Shown here piece after piece: positions 49,851 through 64,000 of a DNA stretch of 64,000 nt. Within the stretch, counting starts at the first letter, position 1. Each line of letters opens with the position of its first letter. The notes under the pieces were generated by a model. The model was not told the origin of the DNA. It did no database searches and worked only from the letters and a program-made list of their open reading frames with translations. Source of the DNA: Eledone cirrhosa (Eukaryota); contig OZ024740.1 of the NCBI GenBank assembly GCA_964016885.1, forward strand, positions 292,702,001-292,766,000, read 5' to 3'. Both the position numbers and the translations under genes were made by a program.

Positions 49851-51267
49851 AACTATTTCAACGTATATAAAGTGGCTTCTTACATGAACGTTCGTAGGCA
49901 AATTTACAGAAATGGGAGAATGGGAAATTGTGGAATTCCTGGATTTCTAACAGATTATATACTACATTAATAAAATAAATTACTTTCAACTCTTCTCACC
50001 TACAACGTTGTTTTGAAAACAGAATTGTGTTTAACGAAAAAAAACAAAAAAACACACAAACAATCTAACGAGTAAATAAATAGAGAACAACGTCCAAAAG
50101 AAAATAGGCGGCAAGCTTTCTATAGTTTCTCTGACACACTGCTTTCAACATGACTGTAATTTAACGCTAGATCAGATAGCTCAAAAGAACCGAATTACCT
50201 AGCTCATATTAAATGGATAACTTTAATGCCAAAATGGAAACGTATTGTTATTTTTCTCGATAAAGTTACGCTATTCTGCTTTTGGCTTGTGGCAATCTTT
50301 GGTGATCGTATGATAAAACAATAGATTATTAATTCTAAATGAAGGATGTCGAAAAAAATTAACATTAAAAGCTGTGAATAATAAGTGTGTTAATAACTCG
50401 TGCAACAGCTAGCATACCTGAACTCCTCAGTAATTATGCCATTACACAGTTGTTCTTAATAAGTAATTAAACAACACATTTGATTCGTTAAATAGTAAAG
50501 CAGTCAGCAATTCTTTTAATATGAGTATTTAGGCTGCTGCTGCTAGGGTCGTTTTATTTTGCTACTACTTGTAGTAGTAGTATTAATAGTAGTAGTAGCT
50601 ATGATGGAAGCTTCTACATAGTTGCTAATTATAGTAAAAGTAGCAGACAAAATCTTAACTGAACCGTTGGTTAAAGCTTGTAAAACGACGAAAACAAGCG
50701 GTCATTAACGCTTTGGGGTAATAGTAAAATGCAATCGTCCGATTTATGAGCGATGCATACTTCGGTTCCCAGAGGCACTTCTATAAATTTTTTCTGTCTC
50801 AAGGGATACTTTATTTGACTATTATTTGTAGATTGTCTTCATTGTGGCGGCTTTTCGAAAAGTAAACATTTTTCTAATTTTCCCAATGTTTCAAAAAACA
50901 AACCGCTTTCATTCCTCTTTGTCTTCGTACGTAGGACTGTATTTTCTATATCTTTCTCTTTTTGACTCAGCTACTTCTCACCGCCTTTCTATCTCTTCCT
51001 TTTTACTTCAAGCACATTCCTTCTTCATTTATGCATTTTGCCGAAAGACAAATTGTTCCGTGTCTTCCTGTTTCGTTGCATCCCAATGTTAACTGGAATG
51101 AATAGTATCAACCTTAATGAACTGAAACTATAGTGATTTCCAGAGGGTGACTGACGAGAACGGACTAGTCATTTCTCCGCTGTCTCTTTCATTTTCTTTG
51201 TTTTGTACACCTCCTTTTTTATTCATATTCCCTATCATCTATCTTAGTCCCACAAGGCCTTTTTAAC

Positions 51268-51311
<44 letters not shown>

Positions 51312-51330
51312 GTTAAAAAGGCCCGTGTGA

Positions 51331-51424
<94 letters not shown>

Positions 51425-51954
51425 TACATATGGAAATGTATATATGTACATATATATGTACGTATATACGTACATATATACGTACACATATATGTACATA
51501 CATACACACACACGCACATATATATGAATGCACACATGCAGATACATATATTTCTCAGTATATTATTAATTATATGTAATATCATAGTGATGAATATTTT
51601 AAAGAAAAATTAGAATAACCTAAACTAATATAAACATAGAAATATACACTAGGTTATATGAAATAATTATCATAAAATAAATATCAATTTGCACAAATTA
51701 TGCTGGTGTGTTTCGATTGCTAATCATTGTTCAACATGGAAGGAAAGATTTGTAAAAAATTCTTTGCACACATATTAGTTTACATTATACAAATACTCAC
51801 TAAATAAACAATGGCATATATATATATATATACATACACACACACACACATATGTATATGTATGCATATATATATATAAATATATGTATATATATATAAA
51901 TATATGTATATATATATAAATATATGTATATATATATAAATATATGTATATATA

Positions 51955-52039
<85 letters not shown>

Positions 52040-52642
52040 GTCAGGTCACCAGTTGGTGCTACTGGTAACATGTATCCCAGTACAACCTGTCTCATGGTCG
52101 GGTCGTTGGCGACTAAACTGGCAACCCCACCAAGGTTTCTTGGTGAGGAGGGTCACTTTGGACATCCTGCAGGACTAAAAACAAAACCTGTCAAAGGGCA
52201 AAGGAGCTCTTAAGAGTCAATGGCCATCCAAAATCACCGGGAGAGATGAACCCTTAGCCTTTGTCAAGGCAGAATTCTAGGAGAAGGAAAACTCTGATAT
52301 AACACCTGCAACCCTGATGGTATTCAATGATGTTGACTTGTTCTTCTTTTTGGTAAATATCTTGGTTAAGAGAGTGGGACTGGCTTTGTGCAGTGCCTTT
52401 GCTCACTATAAAAGCTTCACGGCACAGGCATTGCTTTATATCTGGAGATCTCTCTGCACTTGTCGTCACATGGTACCATGGGCTCAGCACTATGTGTCAA
52501 TAATTATCACAAGTGTAGTGTTTGTACCAGAGTTTTCAAGTCGCTGGCTGGACTAAAAAGTCACACTTGTTTAGCGCATCGGTAGGGGTTCTCCTACATG
52601 GATATAAAGTAGTGGCTGTACTCGAAATCAAGTTGGCAACCA

Positions 52643-52705
<63 letters not shown>

Positions 52706-55064
52706 TATGAATATAAATATATGAATATATATATAAATATATGAATATATATATAAATATATGTATATATATATAAATATATGTATATATATATATAAAT
52801 ATATGTATTTTTATATATATTTATATATATATATACATATATTTATATATATATACATATATTTATATATATATACATATATTTATATATATATGTATAT
52901 TTATGTGTTAAATAACTACCTTATTTAGTGGCGCCGGTAAGGTATTGTCAGCCATTGAAAAGAAATATGGAGAGTCGATCTAACAGCACTAGGGTTAGAG
53001 CCCCTAATTACACTGTCAAGGAGCAGCCTGGTCGTTATGACTCTGCTGGCTTAGAGTCACAGAGAGGGCCAGTGGATGATGGATCAGCTGTCTCTGAGAC
53101 AAATATAAAGAATGCAGTTTTGTCCTGCAGAAGAGCCATCAAAATGGGCACTTTGAATGTGAGGACTATTCGGACGCTGGAGAAGAGAGAGGAGTTGGGA
53201 CATCTGTTCGAGGAGAGTGGTATACAGATACTTGCGATCCAAGAACACAGGATTCTACACGATGAGCCCGTGAGGAGTGTGATGATCGGGAGGAAGAGCC
53301 AGCTCATCACTACATCGGCAGTGAAGAACACAACAAATGCTGCAGTAGGAGGAGTGGGTTTTGTGTTCAGTGCAAAAACCAATCTGTTGGTGAGGGAAAT
53401 AATGTCTCCCCGCGAGTGTTGAGGGTAACCTTCAATGGAAACCCAAGACTGACAGTCATCTCAGCCTATAGTCCAACTGAATGCGGAAGAGTTCCATGAG
53501 GAGGTGTGTAGAGCTGTCAACACCACTCAGGCACACAATATCCTGCTTGTTTTGGGGGACTTCAATGCACATCTGAGTAAGGAGGGCAGTGAAGATCCTT
53601 GCTGGTACTTCCATAACAACACCAACCGAAATGGAAGACTACTGAGAGACACCCTGCTGGAGGCGAACTTGATGGCGACCAACCTAAGGTTTAGGAAGAA
53701 TCTGGGGAAGATGTGGACCTACATCTCAGATATGCACCTGTCCAAGTCCCAGATTGATTTCATTCTGGTGAGGAAAAAGTGGCGGAATAGTGTTCTGAAC
53801 ACGGAACCATACAGCTATTTCAGTACACTGGGTAGTGACCACCGGCTTGTTATGAGTGAGGTCCGCGTGAGCTTAAGAAAGAGCAAGGCTCAGCCCCGGA
53901 GAACAATCTATGACTGGGGAGCTTTCAAGGAAGATGATAAGCTACAGGAGAGGTTCACAGTGGAAGTGAGAAACAGGTTTAGTGCTCTGTGTGGAGAGTC
54001 AGAGGAGAGAGAGATTGGATGGACTGAGGAGAGTGTGACGAGGAGGTACGGGCACTTCACCAATGCAGTGGCGAAAGCAAGTGAAACCCTGGTGCCGAGG
54101 AAAAAGAACAAAGGGAAGCACGTCAGCTCTGCAAACCCAAAAGTGTGTGCAGCCAGAGAACACCTGAAAGCTGCCAGGGACCAATTCTATGCTGATCCTA
54201 CGGAGGAGAGGATGGAGACTGTGGAGGTGATGAGGGAAGAGCTCTGTACCGCTTACACTGAGGTCAGAGAGGAGGCACTGATAGAGAAGATCAGAAGTGT
54301 GGAGAGAGCGGTTGACAGATCTGGATGTAAGGAGAGCTGGATGATCATCAACGAGATCACAGGGAGGAAGAAAAGGTGTTCGAGTCAGATCCAGGGAACG
54401 GGGCCCGAGGATAGGAAGAGGAAATGGCTAGACCATTTTAGGACCCTACTAGGAGAGCCACCCTCCACAGCCCAGAGCACTGGGGAGATCAGGCGGCTGT
54501 TTGAGGAACTGGATGTTGAGACAGAGCCCTTCACCAGAGAGGAGCTTCAGAGAGCCAAGAAGATCAAGGAGGGCAAGGCTCATGGAGAAGATGGAGTGGC
54601 ATCAGAGGTGATGAAGAGGTGTGATTTTGATGATATCATCCTGGGGTTCTGTAACGGGGCACTGGAGAAAGGAGTTGCCCCGAATCAGTGGAGGATCAGT
54701 AACATCGTCCCAGTGCCAAAGAAGGGAGATCTCTCTAACACCAACAACTACCGGGGGATCTCACTGACGTCACTTGTGGCAAAGACCCTCAACAGGATGA
54801 TTCTTAACAGGATCCAGCCTGAGATGGAGAAGAAGCTCAGGGACAACCAGAACGGCTTCAGAGAGGGTAGATCAACCACCAGTCACATCCTGATGCTGAG
54901 GAGGATATTAGAGGGAGCTAGAACAAAGTGCCTTCCTGCGGTCATGGTTTTCATTGACTTTAGGAAGGCCTTTGATTCTGTGGACCGTTACTGCCTGATG
55001 AAGATCTTACAGGCTTATGGAATCCCCAAGAGGATAGTGGACCTGATATCACTGCTCTACACCG
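52040..55064 (+). mobile_element. RTE-type LINE 5' part: interrupted 5' UTR, APE and N-terminal RT, 3'-truncated
   Basis: MGTLNVRT, AIQEHR, SAYSPT, LGDFNAH, SQIDFILV, GSDHR, NYRGISL, QNGFREGRST, FIDFRKAFDSV; frameshifts at about 53420-53490; no YADD. Confidence 0.92.
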
Positions 55065-56350
55065 ACACCAATACAACAGAACAAATGCGAATAAATAAGG
55101 AAAATATGTTTATTCAAAAATATAGACCAACATTAAATAAGGTTTAATATACATTATGTCAACACCACAATATGACATACACACACACACATAACACCTA
55201 CTTTAGAAAATAAAAACCCGAACTAAATAAACCTTAAACATACGTTTGCACTGGCAATACAACAGCAAACACGAAAAAGTCAGGAAAATATGTTCATTCA
55301 AAAATATTCCTACTAAAGGAATCATTTTCCTACACACACACATACACACACACAATATATATATATATATATATATATTCTCTTCATCTTAACATGCTAA
55401 CCATACTCCCACACACATAACACCCATACACACACATAAAAACCCCCACACCTACAACACCCTCCCCATTTCTACTAATAGAACCACTTTCCTACACACA
55501 TATATATATACACACACACAAAAAATATATATTCTCTCTATCTAACATACTCGCACACACACACATAACACCCATATACACACACACACAACTCCCTCCC
55601 CCATCTCTACTAATAGAATCATCTTCCAATACACACATACACACACACACACATATACACACACACAAGCACACAAATAAACACATATCTTCAGTCTCAA
55701 TAGAAAATCTGAACTCTGACACCTGAACTCTGACAGCTGGCCATATACACTGAACCAGAACATTTCTCCCAATCCCTTTTCCCTTGACCACTATCTCTCC
55801 ATTGTCATAACATTCACTATAAAGACTACAGAATAGTTTTCCAAATAAGGGCGCAAAAATGTAATGAAAACTTGTTCACGTGACAGCCAAATTTCATTTA
55901 TAACCAACCAAGAAAAAGCCTTCGTGAGCCTCATTTTTTCAAGTAAAAAGAAATTCAAACACTCATATATGAAAAAACAACCTGTGACAACACACCCCCC
56001 CTCTCTTATTTGAAGAACTATTGTAACGCGAACTGGCGCGAAATTTATTATAATTATTGACAAACCAATCAAATTACTTCTCGAAAAACCTGGTTTTCGA
56101 GCCAGTTTTTCCATATAAAACAAGTAACATTTAGACACCAACCAGATGAGAGAAAAACCACAGACCCTCCATCTCAACTCACCTTTTGAAAAGCAGAAGA
56201 ACTGCGAAACCGGTAAAGGAACCAAATAAATATATATATTTAAAAAAAAAATAAGACTTCAGTTGCATTTTCGATTTCATCCCTTTTTCTTTATACTTCC
56301 ACTCGTGTAGGACACCTCGGTTATTTTTCATTTTGTAAAAAAAACCTCAC

Positions 56351-56357
<7 letters not shown>
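55065..56357 (+). mobile_element. Neptune-type PLE 3' fragment (GIY-YIG tail plus UTR/pLTR)
   Basis: RINKENMFIQKYRPTLN matches [17 protein letters not shown] at 4670-4720; shared UTR motifs cacctgaact, ttcacgtgac and tggcgcgaaa. Confidence 0.8.
56182..56219 (+). ncRNA. Minimal hammerhead ribozyme, U3-A8 variant core
   Basis: cctt-TTGAAAA-gcag aagaa ctgc-GAAA-CCGG-TA-aagg; all stems perfect. Confidence 0.82.
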
Positions 56358-56449
<92 letters not shown>

Positions 56450-56482
56450 AATATATGTATATATATATATATATAAATATAT

Positions 56483-56571
<89 letters not shown>

Positions 56572-56651
56572 TATGTATATATATATATATATAAATATAT
56601 GGATATATATATATATATATAAATATATGTATATATATATATATATATAAA

Positions 56652-56688
<37 letters not shown>

Positions 56689-56692
56689 TTAT

Positions 56693-56725
<33 letters not shown>

Positions 56726-56863
56726 AATATATGTATATATATATATATATATACATATATGTATATATATAAATATATACATATATTTATATATATATGT
56801 ATATATATATATGTATATATATATATATAAATATATGTATATATATATATATATATATATAAA

Positions 56864-56902
<39 letters not shown>
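56358..56902. repeat. (TA)n tract
   Basis: Direct reading. Confidence 0.95.
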
Positions 56903-56906
<4 letters not shown>

Positions 56907-56981
56907 ATATGAAGGAACAGTCTTTGATAGCGCTAGTTTGTGATTTAAATTCAGGAATTTTATATTCTTTGAATGAAAAGA

Positions 56982-57065
56982 ACCTTCTGACGAGAATCTC
57001 TCTTTGCAACGAAGGCCGTATGGCCTACGTTTTATTTTTGGGATTCGAAACCGATCGGTAAAGGT
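56982..57065 (+). ncRNA. Hammerhead ribozyme type I, canonical core
   Basis: acctt-CTGACGA-gaatctc...gggattc-GAAA-CCGATCGG-TA-aaggt; predicted cleavage after 57060. Confidence 0.9.
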
Positions 57066-57464
57066 AACTATAGTAGGTAAAGTCAATTTTTTAAAATTTA
57101 TTTTGAAACTTTTTCATTATTTACTAAACCTTGTTTATATTTGTTCTGGCTCGTTAATTTATTAACCCGCCATTGAACCACACTGGCACTTGGTTGGACA
57201 ATACATGCGTACCTTGGCGCCTTGTGCGTGAAAGGACGTATTTCATATTACTACTACCTCCACAAACGTTGAGAACAAACCGGGTCATTCCGACTGCTGC
57301 TGATAACAGCGGTGGCTAGTTTGACCTACCTCCTTTTGCCTCTATCTTTACTACGGCCCTTGATAAACCTGTTCTACATCATCCACTCTCATCCCAGGAA
57401 CAGTCTTTGATAGCGCTAGTTTGTGATTTAAATTCAGGAATTTTATATTCTTTGAATGAAAAGA

Positions 57465-57548
57465 ACCTTCTGACGAGAATCTCTCTTTGCAACGAAGGCC
57501 GTATGGCCTACGTTTTATTTTTGGGATTCGAAACCGATCGGTAAAGGT
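57465..57548 (+). ncRNA. Hammerhead ribozyme type I, canonical core (second copy)
   Basis: Identical to 56982-57065; predicted cleavage after 57543. Confidence 0.9.
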
Positions 57549-57644
57549 AACTATAGTAGGTAAAGTCAATTTTTTAAAATTTATTTTGAAACTTTTTCAT
57601 TATTTACTAAACCTTGTTTATATATATATATATATATATATAAA

Positions 57645-57683
<39 letters not shown>

Positions 57684-57734
57684 CTCATTTACTCTTTTAC
57701 CTGTTTCAGCCATCCGGCTGAGGCCATGCTGGGG

Positions 57735-58306
57735 CACCGCCCTTGTTGCTACACATTTTATCTCCAGCCTGTATAGGTTGGCCACTGGTGTAAAAGGGAG
57801 TTTGTTGCTGCTGCCCTTAGGTTTCCCTCGTGTCTTGCTGTGGGCTCATCCGGGATCCTGGATAACAAGGTGTCGAGATGTTTCTTAAAGACATCCACCT
57901 CCACGTCATGCAAGTCTCTCAGATGCCTGCGCAGCCTGTTGAAGAGTTGAGGGCCCTTGAATCCCAGGCTATTGCAATACCTGCTCCTTATTCTAGATGT
58001 GGAAGACGGGACCTTTGGCACCACACAGTGACGTCCTGTTCGACGGTTGATCCAGCTCCCAATGCCAAAGTTTGGTGCTAGTCCCTCCAGGATTTTCCAC
58101 ATGTAGATCACTGCGTATCTCTCCCGTCTTCGCTCCAAGGAGTAGAGGTTCAGTTACTTCAGCCTCTCCCAGTAGCTTGTCTCCCTCATCTTGGCAATCC
58201 TCTTGGTGTAGCTTCGCTGGATTGCCTCAAGCTCCGTGGTTAGTTTGACACTATGGGGTGACCACAACTGGGAGCAGTAGTCCAGGCGGCTTAGGACGAA
58301 AGTCCT
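57735..58306 (-). mobile_element. CR1-like LINE 3' fragment
   Basis: [46 protein letters not shown] and FKKHLD.LL..IPDEP. Confidence 0.88.
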
Positions 58307-58307
58307 C

Positions 58308-59010
<703 letters not shown>

Positions 59011-59124
59011 GGTTGAAATAAAATGAAAACGAAATTTCATTTCTCACTCTTAGTATGGCACTTACTTAAATGTAAGTATGTATGCATACGTACATACATA
59101 TATGTATACAGACGTACAGTAGCA

Positions 59125-59222
<98 letters not shown>

Positions 59223-59345
59223 TACATACAGGTACACATACATATATGCACGCATCAGTTTAGCGGACGCTTATTATAACGCTGCTTACTTACATTTATA
59301 TATATATAAATATATGTATATATATATAAATATATATATATATAA

Positions 59346-59486
<141 letters not shown>

Positions 59487-59540
59487 AATATATGAATTAT
59501 ATGAATTATAAGAATCAAAGAACTGTTCAAAACATTTTTA

Positions 59541-59588
59541 TGCTTACAACTGTTTCCTCCAAACCGAGGTTTGGATCTCTTCGGAGCA
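59541..59588 (-). ncRNA. Hammerhead-like motif with CCGAAGA core
   Basis: tgct-CCGAAGA-ga tccaaacc tc ggtttgga g-GAAA-CAGTTG-TA-agca. Confidence 0.55.
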
Positions 59589-61023
59589 ATTTATTATTGA
59601 ATGAACACTTATATGACCTCCTTTTCACCCAAGAGACATACAGATACATATGCAAATATTGTGGGTTAACATTAATTACAGCATTTAGTGTGGCAGTACA
59701 CATTTAGAGATTACATTCATATTAAAAGATACAATAAAAAATACAGGTTAAAATACAACATGAAATTAAGCGGTTATAGAGTGCAATGGTTATATGTGTG
59801 GCAAGCACGTGCCTCTTGTTTATATAGTGTGGCAGAGAGTTACGTGTAAAAGAAGCACTTAAGCAGGTAATCAAGAGTGTTAAGGGGGTTGATCTGGTAA
59901 TGAATTCTTTATATGATTGTTATAGCCTGTGTGTGGAGAAATAATATAAGTATTAAAAATAATGTAAGCATTAAAAATATTGGAAATGCGTAGCGAAGCG
60001 ATGATATGGAATTCATGCACTGCGACATTTTCATAGTCTGGTGAGCGTATTTTTCAGATTATATGCCCCTCACATAATCCACGACGATTCGATACTGGGC
60101 GTTTGACAATCCAGTTAGAGAATCGTAGTCTGATGTTCTTTAGCTCAATACAGGAGGATGTTACGTTGCGATAATCGACATCAAAATATTACGCGGGAGT
60201 GTGTGTGTGGCTAAGGGGAGTTAATGCATGAGGGGAGGTAACTCAGTGGTTTCTATTGCTAACTATTAAATTGTGTCTCAAAATAGTCCCTAACTTATAT
60301 GGTTATGCGCAGTTTCTAAAAAAATTCTAAACATTTAAAGTGTTTTAACTATAAAGTAGTCTATTAAGTTGTGCCGAAGGTGTTCTTATTATGGTGATTA
60401 ACCTCCATCGTAGAGTGCCACAAATGAATATTATACACGACGAGCGAGATTTCTAAATTAATGATCACTGTGATTGTAGTCTACTCAAAGAACCAGGCAA
60501 GGTGATTCCAGAATCACTTCAACACACAATGATCCCTGGTAAGCTCCGGGTCAGTGCATGCTATATTGGATGTTGAAAGATAATCATCACCGGGGCCGAC
60601 CAGAGGTCAATCCACACTCCTCATGTCTCCAATCTGACCATCAAATCATACATATATGTACAACCCATACGCCACTTGCAATACATTCACTGCACTCAGC
60701 ATACCGGTCGTACAGCTCATCAATGTTACTAGATTAATTAGTTTTCCAAATATCCAACGATGGCACTTCCTCCGCATAGCACCAACAATGCAATCAATTC
60801 AATGCTTAAATTTTACATTAACTATAAAGTGGTGTAGTGCAGTTCAAGCAACTGGATGTAGTCACACCTAAAGTAGAAGTACAAAGGGGTATTCCCACTG
60901 TGAAGGGTTCTAGAGGGATGTCCCGATTTGTGTTATATTAGATCAATGAGTGTGGGGATGTGGTATAAGGTGTGCCCCTGGTGTTTGATGCTAGAAGTGG
61001 TGTCTGGTTCAAGTCCGACATTG

Positions 61024-62564
61024 CTATATATTGGGCTTAAAGTTTTGGAAGGAATGTCTGAAGTGGTGCTGGCAAGTTGCAAACACTTCAGATTTTTTGT
61101 TAAGTAGGTTACGGTTAGAGAAGATAATAGTGTGGGTCTCTAGTATACAGAGGTTACAAAATTTATTAGGTGGTTTGTACGAAGTAGCGCTACCTATCAC
61201 TTTCCATTTGAGTGTGTAAGGTTCATTTTTAGTTTTTAGATAGTGTATGTAGTTAGATAGTGAGGTGGAGTTGGCTAGACTGTGCTTTTTGAACGAATGG
61301 ATGTGCGAATTATATCTGATTTTGAAGCAGTTAAAAGTGGAGCCTACATAGGTTTCTGAAGAGTTGCTAGTTGTGACGGTGCATGAATATATGATATCCT
61401 TGGTTAGGCATTTTTTATCTAAAGGGCAGGTTCTATTAGCTCTACAGTTACAATTATCCTGGGTGTTAGTCTGCTGGTTATAATGCAGTGCAGAAGTTCG
61501 AGTGGTAGCTATAGGATTTTGGACATTCGGGTTGTCGACGCCGGTGTTATTTCCTATACTAGTGTTATTTCTATTATTACTGCAGTTATTAGGGTTCTTG
61601 CTACAGAGGTATTTTGAAGGTTTACCTCCTGTTGTGATTTCGTTTGTTGGAAGTAAGAATTAATTTTACTTTTATTGCTGCTAGCTATGTGGTATGCTAA
61701 ATTGGGTGTCGTAGAGTATGAGATTTTAATAGTGTTTTTGTTTAAAAGGTTATGTTACTTGTGTCCTAGAGGGAAGTTTTTATCTAGTAGTGAGAAAAAG
61801 CCCTAGGTATGTTGGTGGAGACGTTTAGGTTGAAAAGTGGGTTGAAAAATGAATTATTTCTTCTTCTATTTTTGTTTTTAGTGTCTGGTGTGTTGTTTCC
61901 TCCTAAGGTACTACGGTAGTTTCTGTGGTAATGTTTACTTTTGGTGGCACCCTCCGCTTTAGTGTGCGTGTGGTTGCTATTCATATTACTAGGTTTCCCC
62001 ATGGACATATTGTGCGAGATGATGTTGTAGCTATGTGTTTTCTTAGGTAGGAACTCAATATCTATATTATGGCCGGATCTAGCTAATGCTCGATTATAAT
62101 ATTGCGAGTTTTTGCTAAATGTGTTTGCGTCATAGGATAGATTAGAGATTCTACTGGATACCCCCTTAGAGATAGAGTTTAATATTGATCTAGGGTGATT
62201 AGACTTGGTATCCACGTAAATGAGTTTTTCGTTAGGCTTATGGAAAGGTGTATATATTTTTGAGTCTAGGTATAGTGTGGCGTCTAGGAAGTTAACATTT
62301 TTAGTGTTTTTGTCCATGGTGATACTAAGGTTAAAGTTTTTGAATGTCTTGTGCAATAGTTTTCTAGTTCTTTCTATATTGAATTTTTTATATTCTATAA
62401 GTAGAAGTGCATCATCGCGGTACAAACCACCGTTGAGGTATGGGAGGTCCTTATGGATTTCATTAAGTAAGTATAGGCCGACCAAATCAGTGACCTGCGC
62501 CCAGTCACTAGATCCCATGGTTATGTCGAAGTTGTTGTGCGTATCCTTGCGGGTCCATAGTTGG
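61024..62564 (-). mobile_element. 5'-truncated Penelope-like element, Naiad-type RT plus GIY-YIG (frameshifted)
   Basis: FDITMGS, LVGLYLL, GGLYRDD, VNFLD, SNHP, NKNTIKISYS, CNCR..RTCPL..KC, DIIY...TYVGST..FK.RY..H, CNLC..E and LNKKSE...CQH. Confidence 0.88.
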
Positions 62565-63062
<498 letters not shown>

Positions 63063-63114
63063 TGAGAGACGTAAAATAAGAAAATTATAAAATTAACTTA
63101 CTTACTTAAATTTC

Positions 63115-63196
63115 ACTCCCAACTAATTAGTTTCTGAAAGGGATTAAACATACTATCCGAAGAGAGCACGGAGAAGCCTTTCGTCATCAGGGAAGT
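63115..63196 (-). ncRNA. Hammerhead ribozyme type I
   Basis: acttcc-CTGATGA-c gaaagg...cctttc a-GAAA-CTAATTAG-TT-gggagt; palindromic stem III. Confidence 0.75.
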
Positions 63197-63284
63197 CTAT
63201 TCTTTAGCTAAGTTTCCAGGCAATACGTGGACACAGGGAACTTATACGCATCTGTGTATATATATGTTACTAGATATACTAATT

Positions 63285-63329
63285 CTTTATATATAAATAT
63301 ATGTATATATATATATATATATATATAAA

Positions 63330-63391
<62 letters not shown>

Positions 63392-63513
63392 AATATATGT
63401 ATATATATATATATAAATATATGTATATCTATATATAAATATATGTATATATATATATAAATATATGTATATATATATATAAATATATGTATATATATAT
63501 AAATATATGTATA

Positions 63514-63549
<36 letters not shown>

Positions 63550-63569
63550 TATGTATATATGAATATATG

Positions 63570-63645
<76 letters not shown>

Positions 63646-63661
63646 TATGTATATATATATG

Positions 63662-63698
<37 letters not shown>

Positions 63699-63733
63699 AT
63701 GTATGTATATATATATATAAATATATGTATATA

Positions 63734-63764
<31 letters not shown>

Positions 63765-63813
63765 TTTTATATATATATATGTATGTATATATATATATAA
63801 ATATATGTATATA

Positions 63814-63853
<40 letters not shown>

Positions 63854-63905
63854 TATATATATATATGTATGTATATTTATATATAAATATATGTATATAC
63901 ATATG

Positions 63906-63938
<33 letters not shown>

Positions 63939-64000
63939 GTATATATGTATATATATATATATTTATATATATATATGTATATATGTATATATATATATAT
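63285..64000. repeat. (TA)n tract
   Basis: Direct reading. Confidence 0.95.

Larger units (their letters stand above)
56913..57623 (+). mobile_element. Retrozyme-like non-coding element: 228-bp direct repeats with 483-bp period
   Basis: 56913-57140 equals 57396-57623; each repeat carries a hammerhead; TA tracts on both sides. Confidence 0.85.

Noticed and set aside
50410-50470. Possible upstream NCX exon (cag|gtatg donor on minus strand)
   Set aside because: The only open frame has the wrong phase and no Calx-beta similarity; earlier exons probably lie beyond the window
56787-57569. Repeated small ORF MTLPTIVTFTDRFRIPK
   Set aside because: Antisense reading of the ribozyme-bearing direct repeats, with non-ATG starts and no coding features
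61024-62564. Selenoprotein-type Naiad (in-frame UGA at Cys positions)
   Set aside because: The GIY-YIG cysteines read are TGT/TGC and the SYS-x position is Thr; no recoding evidence

Overview
AT-rich, microsatellite-laden animal genomic DNA. The repeat families and gene style suggest a cephalopod such as Octopus (inference). One host gene is present: the 3' half of a Na+/Ca2+ exchanger (SLC8/NCX-like) on the minus strand, with five exons read by hand (42351-42122, 37235-37130, 34757-34579, 32783-32454, 31030-30782), GT-AG junctions and consistent phases; no earlier exon was found in the window. The rest is mostly retroelement debris: RTE, Tx1/L1, CR1 and CRE LINE pieces, a BEL/Pao pol fossil, two tRNA-SINE families, Tc1/mariner MITEs, and Penelope-like elements (PLEs; Neptune-type and Naiad-type). 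The main hidden signal is about 19 complete or near-complete type I hammerhead ribozymes plus half-copies, from roughly 10 sequence families. They lie in short non-coding PLE pseudo-LTR or retrozyme-like units that nearly always end in (TA)n tracts and often form fold-back inverted repeats. Highlights are a two-ribozyme direct-repeat unit predicted to release a 483-nt RNA, a compensatory U3-A8 core (UUGAAAA) in two families, a shared CCGAAGA core, and inversion breakpoints inside the ribozyme. All folds were read by eye, none were computed, and repeat boundaries are approximate.
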